Of a stretch of DNA of 62,614 bases, positions 8,827 to 17,562 are shown piece by piece. Location of the stretch: NCBI GenBank assembly GCA_016781485.1, contig JADDQH010000005.1, forward strand, positions 1-62,614, in the 5' to 3' direction. The notes below the pieces were generated by a model. That model saw nothing but the letters and a program-made list of their open reading frames with translations, had not been told where the DNA came from and searched no databases. The position numbers and the translations under genes are program-made. Within the stretch, counting starts at the first letter, position 1; every line of letters begins with the position of its first letter. The DNA is from Chloroflexota bacterium. GTDB taxonomy: Bacteria > Chloroflexota > Limnocylindria > Limnocylindrales > CSP1-4.

Positions 8827-9045
8827 TTGACCATCCGGTTCTTGGACGAAGGCGCGCGCAAGGATGACGACGAGCCGCTCGTCGAGTACGTCGCCGGGCC
8901 GCTCGCGGATCGCCGCGAGCGGCTTGCGCGACCACCGCACGAGATCAGCGTGCCTGAGGCCGCGGGCATCTACCGGCGATCCCTGAAGTGTGCCGAAGAC
9001 GGCGCGCTCCGCTATGTGTGGCAGGAGTGGCCACCGGCCGACTGA
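8827..9045 (+). CDS. hypothetical small protein (uncertain; competes with antisense ORF 8812-9078)
   Basis: TTG 8827 is preceded by AGGTGA. Third-position G/C is about 81% downstream of 8830, but the antisense frame scores the same. No family recognised. Confidence 0.25.
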   Translation: MTIRFLDEGARKDDDEPLVEYVAGPLADRRERLARPPHEISVPEAAGIYRRSLKCAEDGALRYVWQEWPPAD

Positions 9046-9212
9046 CGCGCCGGGAAGATGGGTGACCACGAAGATCACGTGCCGGGATCCGACCCGCGTC
9101 GAGGTCTAGGAACATCTCCCGACGCTGGCTGAGCGGAACTGATCGACCCGGATGACGAGCAGACGAACGTTGCGCTCGAATCGTCTGCTCCACTTCAGGC
9201 GGTTTCCCCCGA

Positions 9213-10058
9213 TCAGTGCTGGCCCACGGTCCCCTGCTCGCGTAGCCGTCGGTCGGCCCACGCGAAGACCGCTCTTCCGAGAGGCAGCAGGATCGCCGCG
9301 AGCATGGCCAGAGCGGCGTACTGGAGCACGGGATCCAGCAGCGGGCGCGCGCCGAGTCCGGTGACGCGGAGCAGGTCGATCGCGTAGGTCGTCGGGAGCG
9401 CGAACGAAACGAGCTTGAGGAAGCCTGGCAGGACGGTGATCGGGAACATGACGCCCGACGCCGCGGCGAACAGTGCATCCGACGCATCGACCCAGAAGAC
9501 GGGTTCCTTGATCAGCAGCACGGCCGACGAGATCAGGAAGGCGACGCCCAGGACCGCCAGCGCCGCGAGCAGGAACGCCGGCACCGCGAGGACGATCGCG
9601 GGAGAGAGTCGCACTCCGAAGAGGGCCACGGCGATCGCGAGCATGAGCACGATCCCGATCGCGGACAGCACCAGGGCGCTGAGTCCCCGCCCGAGCACGA
9701 GCGTCTCGCGCGCGACCGGCGTGAGCCACGCGGGCTCGAGTGTGGCCTGGTCCATCTCGCGCTTGAACGAGTAGCCGATCCCCCAGAACGCGGCGCCGAC
9801 GAGGTACGCCACGAGCATCCCGAGGATCAGGAACCCTGCCACGTCGCCCGTGCCGGCGGTCTCCTCCAGGCCCACCGCACGTCCGCCCACCGCGAATGTC
9901 GCGCCAAGCAGCAGGCTCGGGATCACGAATTGGTAGATCGGCTGGCCGATCTGGTTGAACACCTCGAGCGGGTAGCGCGTCAGGATCCGCAGATCCTTGC
10001 GGGTGATCGCGACGATCGCCCGCGCCTCCAGCGCCCATGCACCAGTTCGTCCCGCCAT
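9213..10058 (-). CDS. ABC-2 type transporter permease
   Basis: 281 aa from ATG 10058, six TM-like segments, ABC-2 architecture. The track ORF is over-extended to 10664. Confidence 0.85.
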   Translation of the reverse strand: MAGRTGAWALEARAIVAITRKDLRILTRYPLEVFNQIGQPIYQFVIPSLLLGATFAVGGRAVGLEETAGTGDVAGFLILGMLVAYLVGAAFWGIGYSFKREMDQATLEPAWLTPVARETLVLGRGLSALVLSAIGIVLMLAIAVALFGVRLSPAIVLAVPAFLLAALAVLGVAFLISSAVLLIKEPVFWVDASDALFAAASGVMFPITVLPGFLKLVSFALPTTYAIDLLRVTGLGARPLLDPVLQYAALAMLAAILLPLGRAVFAWADRRLREQGTVGQH

Positions 10059-10069
10059 CTTGTCCGTCG

Positions 10070-10903
10070 TCAGTACTGCGCGAGCCGGCCGCCGCGACGC
10101 GCGTACGCTTCGGCACGGCGGAACGCGACCGCAGCCAGCGCGCACAGGACGACGCCGGCGCCCAGCAGGATCGCGAGATCGGGCACCAGGTCGACCAGGT
10201 CGGCGCCCGTGAGGAGCACCGCGCGGAGGTCCGCGATGATGTAGGTCGGGGGAAGGGCAAGCGCGGCCGATCGCGCCAGATCGGGGAGGATCACGATGGG
10301 GAACGTGATCCCGCACAGGACCGTGAAGACCCCGCGCACGACCTGGATCGGACCGACGACCTCGCCGACGCGAAGCACGAGGGTCGCGAACAGCGCCCCC
10401 ATCCCGTACAGCGCGGGTACCGCGAGAAGGATCACCACGGCCGCCCGCAGGACCGCGGCCGGCTCCACGACGAGCCCGAACCCGAACCGAAGAGCGATCC
10501 CCACGACCACGTACATCCACAGTGCCGGGACGAGATGCGCGACTGCGGGGCCGAACAGGATCCCGATTCGTGATGCAGGCGTGAGGAACAGCGCCTCGAG
10601 GGAGCCACGGACCTGCTCGGTCCGCAGCAGGGTCCCTGGTCCCCAGAGCACGATGCTCAACCACATGTACATCGACCAGCCGATGAACAGGAAGCCGGCG
10701 ATCTCGTTCGTGCCGCTCCGCTCGGCGAACGCGTCGATCGCCCGCTGGTCACCGCCGGAGTAGCCGCGTGCCTGGAGCACGTACATCGCTGGAAGCACGA
10801 TCGGCCAGAACAGCAGCCCGAGCCCGAACGTCGGGTAGCGCCGCAGCTGGCGCCACTCGCGGACAGCCGCGGCGCCGAACGCGCGCAGCTCGAGGAGAAG
10901 CAT
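10070..10903 (-). CDS. ABC-2 type transporter permease
   Basis: 277-aa polytopic protein immediately downstream of the ATPase gene. ABC-2 permease-like. Confidence 0.85.
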   Translation of the reverse strand: MLLLELRAFGAAAVREWRQLRRYPTFGLGLLFWPIVLPAMYVLQARGYSGGDQRAIDAFAERSGTNEIAGFLFIGWSMYMWLSIVLWGPGTLLRTEQVRGSLEALFLTPASRIGILFGPAVAHLVPALWMYVVVGIALRFGFGLVVEPAAVLRAAVVILLAVPALYGMGALFATLVLRVGEVVGPIQVVRGVFTVLCGITFPIVILPDLARSAALALPPTYIIADLRAVLLTGADLVDLVPDLAILLGAGVVLCALAAVAFRRAEAYARRGGRLAQY

Positions 10904-10912
10904 GCTTTCCGC

Positions 10913-11938
10913 CTACTCGCGGAGTGCGCGGCCGGTCAGGGCCAGGAACACGTCCTCGAGCGTCACCGGCACGACTTCGACATGCTTGATGGTCGCCCCA
11001 GCCGCCCTCGCGGCGTCGAACGCCCGCGGCACGAAGTCGCGAGCGGACACAGTGTGCATCGTCAGGTGCAGCAGGCCGTCGGCCCGCTCCTGGCGGGCGA
11101 CCTGCGCGTTCTCGGATAGCCGGCTTACGACGCCGTCGGCCTCCGCCGCGATCTCGAGCCGAACGACCTCCTCGGCCTGGATCGTCCGCTTCAGGGCGGT
11201 GGGGGTATCGAGGGCGACGATCCGGCCATGGTCGATGATCGCGACGCGGTCGCACAGCTGGTCCGCCTCCTCCATGTAGTGTGTCGTGAGGAGCACTGTC
11301 TTGCCCTCCGAGCGAAGCTCCAGCACCCGCTCCCGCATGTCTCTTGCCGCCTGTGGGTCGAGGCCGACCGTCGGCTCGTCGAGGAGGAGGAGCGGCGGAT
11401 CGGGCAGGAGCGCGCGAGCGAGCACGAGCCGCTGGCGCATCCCCATCGAGTAGCGCTCGACGTAATCGTCCGCGCGATCCGTGAGTTTGACGGCGTCGAG
11501 CACCGACTCGATCCGCTCTCTGGTGCGCCGTGGCGGCAGGTGATAGAGGGCGGCGAAGTACTCCAGGTTCTCGCGGGCCGTCAGCTTCCAGTAGAGGCTT
11601 CGCTCGCCGCTGAGCACCGCCCCGAAGCGTCGGCGTACCTCTCGCGGCTGCTCGCGAACGTCGATGCCGAGCACGCGGGCCGCACCCGAGGTGGGGAGGA
11701 GGAGCGTGGCGAGGATCCGCATCGTCGTCGTCTTGCCGGCACCGTTCGGACCGAGCATCCCGAAGATCTCGCCCTGCTCGACGCGCAGCTCGATCCCGTC
11801 CACCGCGACGAACCGCTCGCGGTGGTCCGGCTCGCGCCGGAGCCGCTGGATCCACGTCCGGCGACCGCGCTCGAACACCTTGGTCAGTGCGCGCGCGTCC
11901 ACGGCAGGGACGTCTCGGGGAAGCGTCGTGGTGGCCAT
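10913..11938 (-). CDS. ABC transporter ATP-binding protein (DrrA/ABC-2 exporter type)
   Basis: Walker A GPNGAGKTT, signature YSMGMRQRL, Walker B LLLLDEPTVGLD. C-terminal extension typical of DrrA-like ATPases. Confidence 0.95.
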   Translation of the reverse strand: MATTTLPRDVPAVDARALTKVFERGRRTWIQRLRREPDHRERFVAVDGIELRVEQGEIFGMLGPNGAGKTTTMRILATLLLPTSGAARVLGIDVREQPREVRRRFGAVLSGERSLYWKLTARENLEYFAALYHLPPRRTRERIESVLDAVKLTDRADDYVERYSMGMRQRLVLARALLPDPPLLLLDEPTVGLDPQAARDMRERVLELRSEGKTVLLTTHYMEEADQLCDRVAIIDHGRIVALDTPTALKRTIQAEEVVRLEIAAEADGVVSRLSENAQVARQERADGLLHLTMHTVSARDFVPRAFDAARAAGATIKHVEVVPVTLEDVFLALTGRALRE

Positions 11939-11946
11939 GGCGGCGG

Positions 11947-12022
11947 AGTATACTCAGGAAAGAAATGTTGCGCAAGGTTTCTTTAGGAAGAGTCCGACCG
12001 ACAGGACCGACAGGACCGACAG
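11947..12022. promoter_or_regulatory. divergent control region: palindromic -10 AGTATACT, 26-bp near-palindrome, 3x 9-bp tandem repeat
   Basis: AGTATACT at 11947-11954 reads TATACT on both strands. AAAGAAA-tg-TTGCGCAA-gg-TTTCTTT at 11959-11984 is 22/26 palindromic. GACCGACAG occurs 3 times at 11996-12022. Confidence 0.5.
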
Positions 12023-12026
12023 GACC

Positions 12027-12599
12027 GTGACCGAGCTTCTCGAGCTCCGCGACGCCCGCCAGATGCGTGCACTCGCGCACCCCCTGCGCCTCCGTATCCT
12101 CGCGTTCCTCCAGTCGGAGGGACCCTCCACGGCGACGCGACTGGCGGAGACGTTCGGAGAAAGCGTGGCGTCGCTCAGCTACCACCTCCGGCAACTGGCG
12201 AGGCACGGCTACGTGGAGGAGGCGCTCGACCTCGGGCGCAATCGGAAAGAGCGTCCCTGGCGGGCGCGGGCGGCGGGCGAGCGCATCGACCGTTCGTCGC
12301 TCGACTCCGTCCAGCGAAGGCCGGCGGCAGCAGCGCTCATCGCGCAGCTTGTCGAGGAGTCAGCGCAGCTCTACTTCGAGTTCCTCGACCGGCTGGACGA
12401 GTACCCGTCGGAGTGGCGGCGTGCGGCGATCTACCAGGGAAGGCGGATCCAGGTAACGCCCGGCGAGGTGGACGAGATCCGGGAGCGACTGCAGGAGCTG
12501 TTCGCGCCGTACGAGCGCGAGAGTCGGAGGACCCCTCCCGCCGGCGCCGAACTCGTCCACCTGTCGATCCAGGCGGTCCCGGTCTCGCGAGGCCGTTGA
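12027..12599 (+). CDS. ArsR-family winged-helix transcriptional regulator
   Basis: ALAHPLRLRILAFLQSEGPSTATRLAETFGESVASLSYHLRQLARHGYV is an ArsR-type HTH. Divergent from the ABC-2 exporter operon. GTG 12027 chosen as the start (uncertain). Confidence 0.8.
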   Translation: MTELLELRDARQMRALAHPLRLRILAFLQSEGPSTATRLAETFGESVASLSYHLRQLARHGYVEEALDLGRNRKERPWRARAAGERIDRSSLDSVQRRPAAAALIAQLVEESAQLYFEFLDRLDEYPSEWRRAAIYQGRRIQVTPGEVDEIRERLQELFAPYERESRRTPPAGAELVHLSIQAVPVSRGR

Positions 12600-12647
12600 G
12601 CCAGGTCGACCGGCGCGAGAGCATCACGGGATGATCGGCGTCAAGGC

Positions 12648-12685
12648 ATAAAAAAAGGAATGGAGCGGGCGGACCGCTCCATTCC
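12648..12685 (-). terminator. intrinsic terminator
   Basis: Perfect 12-bp stem GGAATGGAGCGG / CCGCTCCATTCC with a 5-nt loop. On the minus strand it is followed by TTTTTTTAT. Confidence 0.75.
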
Positions 12686-12829
12686 TGTAGATGCTTGACC
12701 AGAAGCCACTTCGTCTCGACGCGCGTCCCGCGGCTCACTGATCGCTGGGGACGCCGCTCCCTGGACCGTAGGTGGACGCCGGCGAACCGTCGCCCACCTA
12801 CCGCCAGACCTCAGCGGCTGGACTGGATG

Positions 12830-14167
12830 TCAGTGGCCCAACTGAGGGAACGCCCGCGTGACCGCGTGCGCGTGTGCCACCACGATCTGGGTCCCGGCCG
12901 GGAGCCCGAACGAGTTCGACGTGGTGACGACCAGGCGGATCATGTTGACGCCGATCGAGTTGTAGGTCGTCCCATTCTTCGGGACCCGCTCGTAGAGGAT
13001 CACGTACCCGACGCCGGGCACATCCACCCTCGTGTTCGGGCTCGGGTTGTCGGAGATGGCCCTACCGAGCACCTTGAGGTCGACGAAGGACGAGCCGAGC
13101 GTAGTCCCTGAGAACCTTCCGGTGCTCGAGTTGTACGTGCTCTTGGCGACGCCCCTGACCAGCGTGGCCGTGATCGTCCCGTTCAGGAGGTTCACGTCCT
13201 CGACGGTCGCCGTCGTCTTGGCGTACCTACCGGTGCTCGTCGCCCCGCCCTCCGCCGTCGTGACAGCGGTACCCGAGAGGAGGAGGTCCGGGGAGCGGAT
13301 GAGCTTGACTTCGTTCTGCAGGACGCGACCGCCGGTCCCGAGGCACGGGACGTAGATGGCGGCGATCCTGCCGATCCTGTTCTCGACCGTCGCCACGCTG
13401 GAGCGCGCCGTCGCTGCCCACGCACCACCGCTGAGCGCGATCACTGGCTGCGTCCGGGTGAAGCCCGCCCGCGCGTGTGATACGACGATATGGGTACCGA
13501 CGGGGATATTCAGCTCGTTCTTCTGAGTGATCACGATGCGGACCATGTTCACCGTGATCTGCTTCGAGTAGTTGTTACCGCTCACGCGGACCTCTCGAAG
13601 CCGCACGTATCCGAAGCCCGGCAGGGTGATCTCGGTGTTCGCGGACACCGTCGTGATGGAGCGCCCGTTGACCTTTAGGTTCAGGAAGCTCGAGCCGGCG
13701 GAGGAGGTCGAGATCGTGGTCGTGCTGGCCTTCGTCGTGGCCGACGCGATGATCGCATCCGCGCTGATCAGCGGCACGTTCGTGTCAGGATCGGCGAGCG
13801 CGCGGACCTTCGAGACCTTTGCGGTGTCCTTGATGACCGCGCTCGTCGTCGTCTTTGTCGCGTACATCGTGGTGTAGATCGCTTCGGCGCGAAACGGCCG
13901 TCCGGCGTCGACGGTCGTCACCGTGTTCGAGAGCGTCTTGCCTCGAGTGCCTTCGCAGGGGCACGGGAGGTACGCGGAGCGTCCGAGTCGGGCGTGGAGC
14001 TGCGGGGCCGTCGCACTGGCGAACGTCCCCCACGCCTCGCCGCCGAAGCTTCCCCGCAGAAGATGCCCTGCGCTTGCCGTGCCGATGCTCCCGAGCATCA
14101 GGGCGAGCACGACGAGCACCATCAGCGGTGCGCGAAGGAAGGAACGAACGCGTCTGTTGCCTGCCAT
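12830..14167 (-). CDS. secreted protein with tandemly duplicated ~200-aa module, function unknown
   Basis: Signal peptide MAGNRRVRSFLRAPLMVLVVLALMLGSIGTASA. Two homologous halves share PC..GT.G, GSSF(L/V)(N/D)LKV.GR, PG.GYV, VNM(V/I)R(I/L)V(I/V)T and GT.IVV(S/A)HA. Confidence 0.8.
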   Translation of the reverse strand: MAGNRRVRSFLRAPLMVLVVLALMLGSIGTASAGHLLRGSFGGEAWGTFASATAPQLHARLGRSAYLPCPCEGTRGKTLSNTVTTVDAGRPFRAEAIYTTMYATKTTTSAVIKDTAKVSKVRALADPDTNVPLISADAIIASATTKASTTTISTSSAGSSFLNLKVNGRSITTVSANTEITLPGFGYVRLREVRVSGNNYSKQITVNMVRIVITQKNELNIPVGTHIVVSHARAGFTRTQPVIALSGGAWAATARSSVATVENRIGRIAAIYVPCLGTGGRVLQNEVKLIRSPDLLLSGTAVTTAEGGATSTGRYAKTTATVEDVNLLNGTITATLVRGVAKSTYNSSTGRFSGTTLGSSFVDLKVLGRAISDNPSPNTRVDVPGVGYVILYERVPKNGTTYNSIGVNMIRLVVTTSNSFGLPAGTQIVVAHAHAVTRAFPQLGH

Positions 14168-14353
14168 CTTTCGATGATCTCCTCACTCGTGTCCCATCAG
14201 GGACACCCAGTTCCCCGGCCTGCACGACACTTTGGGGGTCGCCGGGGACGAAGATCGTGAGGCGCGGATCGCAACAGCACAACTACATCTGCTCCGTTTC
14301 GGTGCACGTCGGCACCAAGGTGCAGGTGCACAGGCGCACCGTCGACGGCCTCG

Positions 14354-14560
14354 TCAACCGTCCTCGTATTCGAACGCGATCTTGAGCTCGACGTGGTACT
14401 CGCTGATCTCGCCGTCGCGCACCTGCGCCGTCGACTTCACGACCTCGATGGACCGGATGTTGCGGACGGTGTTCGACGCGGTGGCAACGGCCTGACGTGC
14501 GGCGTCGCTCCACGACCGGGGACTCGTCCCGACCATCTCTCGAATGATGATCACACCCAT
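14354..14560 (-). CDS. dodecin family flavin-binding protein
   Basis: 68 aa. MGVIIIREMVGTSPRSWSDAARQAVATASNTVRNIRSIEVVKSTAQVRDGEISEYHVELKIAFEYEDG matches the dodecin fold pattern. GGAGGA lies upstream of ATG 14560. Confidence 0.85.
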   Translation of the reverse strand: MGVIIIREMVGTSPRSWSDAARQAVATASNTVRNIRSIEVVKSTAQVRDGEISEYHVELKIAFEYEDG

Positions 14561-14956
14561 TTGCGGTTCCTCCGACTGGGGCTGGTGAGGACGCCCGAGT
14601 CTACCGGCGGTCCTCCGGGGTGCCGGCGCGACTGGGGTCCGCCTAAGGGCTTGATGATCTGCTGAACGATTCGGACAACCCGCAACGCGCGATGTCGCCG
14701 GTGATCGCTCAAGGGCCGGCACCGACCAGGATCGGCATCTGCGTCGGAGGAGGTCCCGTTTGATGACGGCATCCGCCGCTCCGCCTCGGCTCTCTGGTAC
14801 GGTCACTCCCCCGACTCCCGACCCCCGGCCGCTCTCGATCCCGTCCGAACGTTCCTCTCGAGGAGTGATGCGTCTCGATGCTCGACCTCTCCGCCTTGAT
14901 CCGTGCATGACAGCCCGCCACTTCCATTCGAGGACCATCGCGCGAAACCTGTCGCC

Positions 14957-16384
14957 ATGAGTCAGCCCGAGACCTTCCTCCCGTCGACCCGCCGTGAGTT
15001 CCTACAGCGATCGGCGGCGCTCTCCACCGCGGCGTTGGCGGCGGCCTGCGGCGGTCCGACACCGACGGGACCCGCCGAAACGCGTGGGCGCGCGCAGGCG
15101 AGTGGGGCGCCCGTACCGGCGGCGTCGGCGGAAGAGCCGACCGGTACTCCCGCCGGTGCTTCGCGCTCCAACGCCGCCCGGGGTCGGTTGCGCCGCTCCC
15201 GGACGCTGTACAGGGATGCCGCGCTCGCCGACGGGAGGTCGCCGGAGCTGCGTGTGGGGATGAGCGTGCTGGTCGAAGATGGGCGGATCCGATGGATCAG
15301 GCCGTCGGACGCAGAGGAGGATCCCGGGCCGTCGGACGGCTTGGAGGTGGTCGACGCGAGCGGGGCGACGATCGTCCCGGGGATGGTCGACTGCCATAGC
15401 CACCTGACGATGCAGGGTGGGGCGAACTGGATCAAGCGCGGCCTTGACCCGCCCGAAGCGCTCTTGGCCGTGACCGAGCACAACGCGCTCCTCATGACGA
15501 ACGCGGGCATCCGGTGGGCTCGCGACGTGGGGGCGCCGATAGGGGTCGACCCGAACGACGGGAGGCGCCGCGCGTTGAGCCTGGGTGTGCGGGACCGATG
15601 GCGCGGAAGGCCGGGGTACCCGTATGTCCGTGCGGCGGGCACCTGGGTGACGCGGGCAGGGACGTTCGGCGACAAGATCGGCGTCGAGGCGGCGAACGCG
15701 GACGAGCTTCTCTCAGCCGCGATCGGCCAGTTGGACGACGGGGCCGACTTCGTGAAGCTCTACCTGGACGGTCCGGACCCCGGCGTCTCGCCGTGGTCGA
15801 GCAACGAGGTCGGCCGGGTCGTGGAAGCCGTGCACGCACGAGGGGCGAAGGTCACCGCCCACTCCGGGAACCTCGATGGCGCGCGCGTGGGGGCGGAGGC
15901 GGGGGTCGACTCCCTCGAGCACGGGTTCGTGATCGACTCGGACGTCGCGCGGACGATGGCGGAGCGCGGCGTCGCGCTCGTCACGACGTTGACCGTGATG
16001 CACTCCTGGCTCACGTTCGGGCGCACGACGCGCAACGAGCGGTTCACGACCGCCGAGTCGATCAGCCGGATCAGGGCTCGACTCGAGGTCGCCGAGGCGA
16101 GCGTCCGCGCGGCACGCGACGCGGGTGTCAGGATCTGTGCGGGAACGGATTTCGGCGGCGGGTCGGCGCGCGCGAACCAGCTCGCCTGGGAGGTGGAGTC
16201 ACTCGCCAGGGCGGGCGTCGAGCCATGGCAGGCGCTCGCGGCGGCGACATGGCGCGGCGGCGAACTTCTCGGAGAGCCCGACGCGGGCGTGATCCGCGAG
16301 GGCGGACCGGCCGATCTCTTCCTCGTCCACGGCGACCCACTGACCGACCCATCTGCCCTGTGGAGGGTCTGGCGGGTCGACTGA
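14957..16384 (+). CDS. amidohydrolase family protein with Tat/lipoprotein-type signal
   Basis: N-terminus TRREFLQRSAALSTAALAAACGG. Metal-dependent amidohydrolase motifs GMVDCHSHL, KLYLDG, TAHS and GTDFGG. Confidence 0.85.
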   Translation: MSQPETFLPSTRREFLQRSAALSTAALAAACGGPTPTGPAETRGRAQASGAPVPAASAEEPTGTPAGASRSNAARGRLRRSRTLYRDAALADGRSPELRVGMSVLVEDGRIRWIRPSDAEEDPGPSDGLEVVDASGATIVPGMVDCHSHLTMQGGANWIKRGLDPPEALLAVTEHNALLMTNAGIRWARDVGAPIGVDPNDGRRRALSLGVRDRWRGRPGYPYVRAAGTWVTRAGTFGDKIGVEAANADELLSAAIGQLDDGADFVKLYLDGPDPGVSPWSSNEVGRVVEAVHARGAKVTAHSGNLDGARVGAEAGVDSLEHGFVIDSDVARTMAERGVALVTTLTVMHSWLTFGRTTRNERFTTAESISRIRARLEVAEASVRAARDAGVRICAGTDFGGGSARANQLAWEVESLARAGVEPWQALAAATWRGGELLGEPDAGVIREGGPADLFLVHGDPLTDPSALWRVWRVD

Positions 16385-16506
16385 CCGATCTCGATCCATG
16401 AACACGCAACGCTCCCTGCGTCACACGAGTTTCACGCCGGAAGAGCTACAGCCGGAGGCGTGACCTGCCCGAGAAGACCGGGAACCGCGGGCACGCGGGC
16501 TACGTC

Positions 16507-17508
16507 GTGAACGCCATGCAGTACGAACGACAGCCGCCCGCGTCCATGCTTCGACTCGTCTGGTCGGTGCTCGGCCTGACGATCCTCCTCGCCGCCTGTT
16601 CACCCGCCCCCAGCGGGACGTCCGGTAAGGGCACGACTCCTCCGGGAGCGACGGGATCGGTCGAGGCGGGGCCGACCGCCGCGAGCCCGACGCCCGGCGG
16701 CAGTTCGACCACGAGTCCGCGCGCGAGCTCCAGCGCGAGCCCTGGCTCGACGTCGGGAGGCGGCGACGGGCGGGAGGCGTCGAAGCAGATCGTCCTGCGG
16801 ATGGAGCAGGGAGGCGGACTCGTCCCGATGGGATCCGCCGCGACCCAGCTTCCGCAGTTCACGCTCTACCGTGATGGGACGGTCATCTACCGCGGAGGAC
16901 GCGACGATCCGGTCGCCGCGGGCCCGAACGCGCCGCTGGCACCGCTCCGCGTCGCGACGATGAACGAGGAGCAGATCGAGGCGCTCGTCCGGTTCGCGCT
17001 CGGTCCCGGGCGACTGCACGATGCCAGGCCACGCTACGAGAACATGACGGTCGCCGACGCCCCGACCACTGTCTTCTCCATCGACGCCGGTGGCGTCACC
17101 AAGAGTGTCAGCATCTATGGGCTCGGGATAAACGACGAGCGGAGCCCGGAACGCGCCGAGCTAGCCGGGTTCGCCGACCTCGCGAGGATCCTCGGGGATT
17201 TCGAGAAGCAGGTCCAGCAGGGCAACGCCACGGATGCCGGGAGCTATGAGCCCGACAGGTACCGGGCCGTGCTCATGGAGTCCGCACCGGGTGACCGCGA
17301 TGTCGCGGAGTGGCCGTGGGAAGGGATGACGCTCGACGACTTCCGCGACACGGGTGGCGGCGTGAGGACAGCGGTCCTCACGCGTCGACAGGCGGCAGAG
17401 TCGTATCCGGAAGGAGCAGGGGGGCACACCGGGATCGTGGTACGCGGCCCCGACGGGAACCGGTACACCGTCGCCCTGCGACCGCTCCTCCCTGACGAAG
17501 AGAGCTGA
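16507..17508 (+). CDS. lipoprotein, function unknown
   Basis: Signal peptide with lipobox LLAAC, then a Pro/Ser/Gly-rich linker and a globular C-terminal part. The start may be ATG 16546. Confidence 0.7.
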   Translation: MNAMQYERQPPASMLRLVWSVLGLTILLAACSPAPSGTSGKGTTPPGATGSVEAGPTAASPTPGGSSTTSPRASSSASPGSTSGGGDGREASKQIVLRMEQGGGLVPMGSAATQLPQFTLYRDGTVIYRGGRDDPVAAGPNAPLAPLRVATMNEEQIEALVRFALGPGRLHDARPRYENMTVADAPTTVFSIDAGGVTKSVSIYGLGINDERSPERAELAGFADLARILGDFEKQVQQGNATDAGSYEPDRYRAVLMESAPGDRDVAEWPWEGMTLDDFRDTGGGVRTAVLTRRQAAESYPEGAGGHTGIVVRGPDGNRYTVALRPLLPDEES

Positions 17509-17562
17509 CGCCCGGCGCGGGACTCGAGGCCGAGCCGGAGTCGCGGACGGACGCCGGCCGCG

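Noticed and set aside
8812-9078. 88-aa minus-strand ORF antisense to the candidate 8827-9045 plus-strand ORF.
   Set aside because: First and third codon positions of the plus frame are both about 81% G/C, so codon statistics cannot separate the two strands. Neither product matches a family I know. I kept only a low-confidence plus-strand call because it would fit the merR/Cys-peptide transcript. Needs homology or expression data.
14301-14340. Cluster of GGTGCAC/GGCACC motifs downstream of the dodecin gene as an operator.
   Set aside because: It lies right after the dodecin stop on the minus strand and can fold into short GC hairpins. It is more likely a weak terminator or 3' structure than a protein-binding array, and there is no supporting context.
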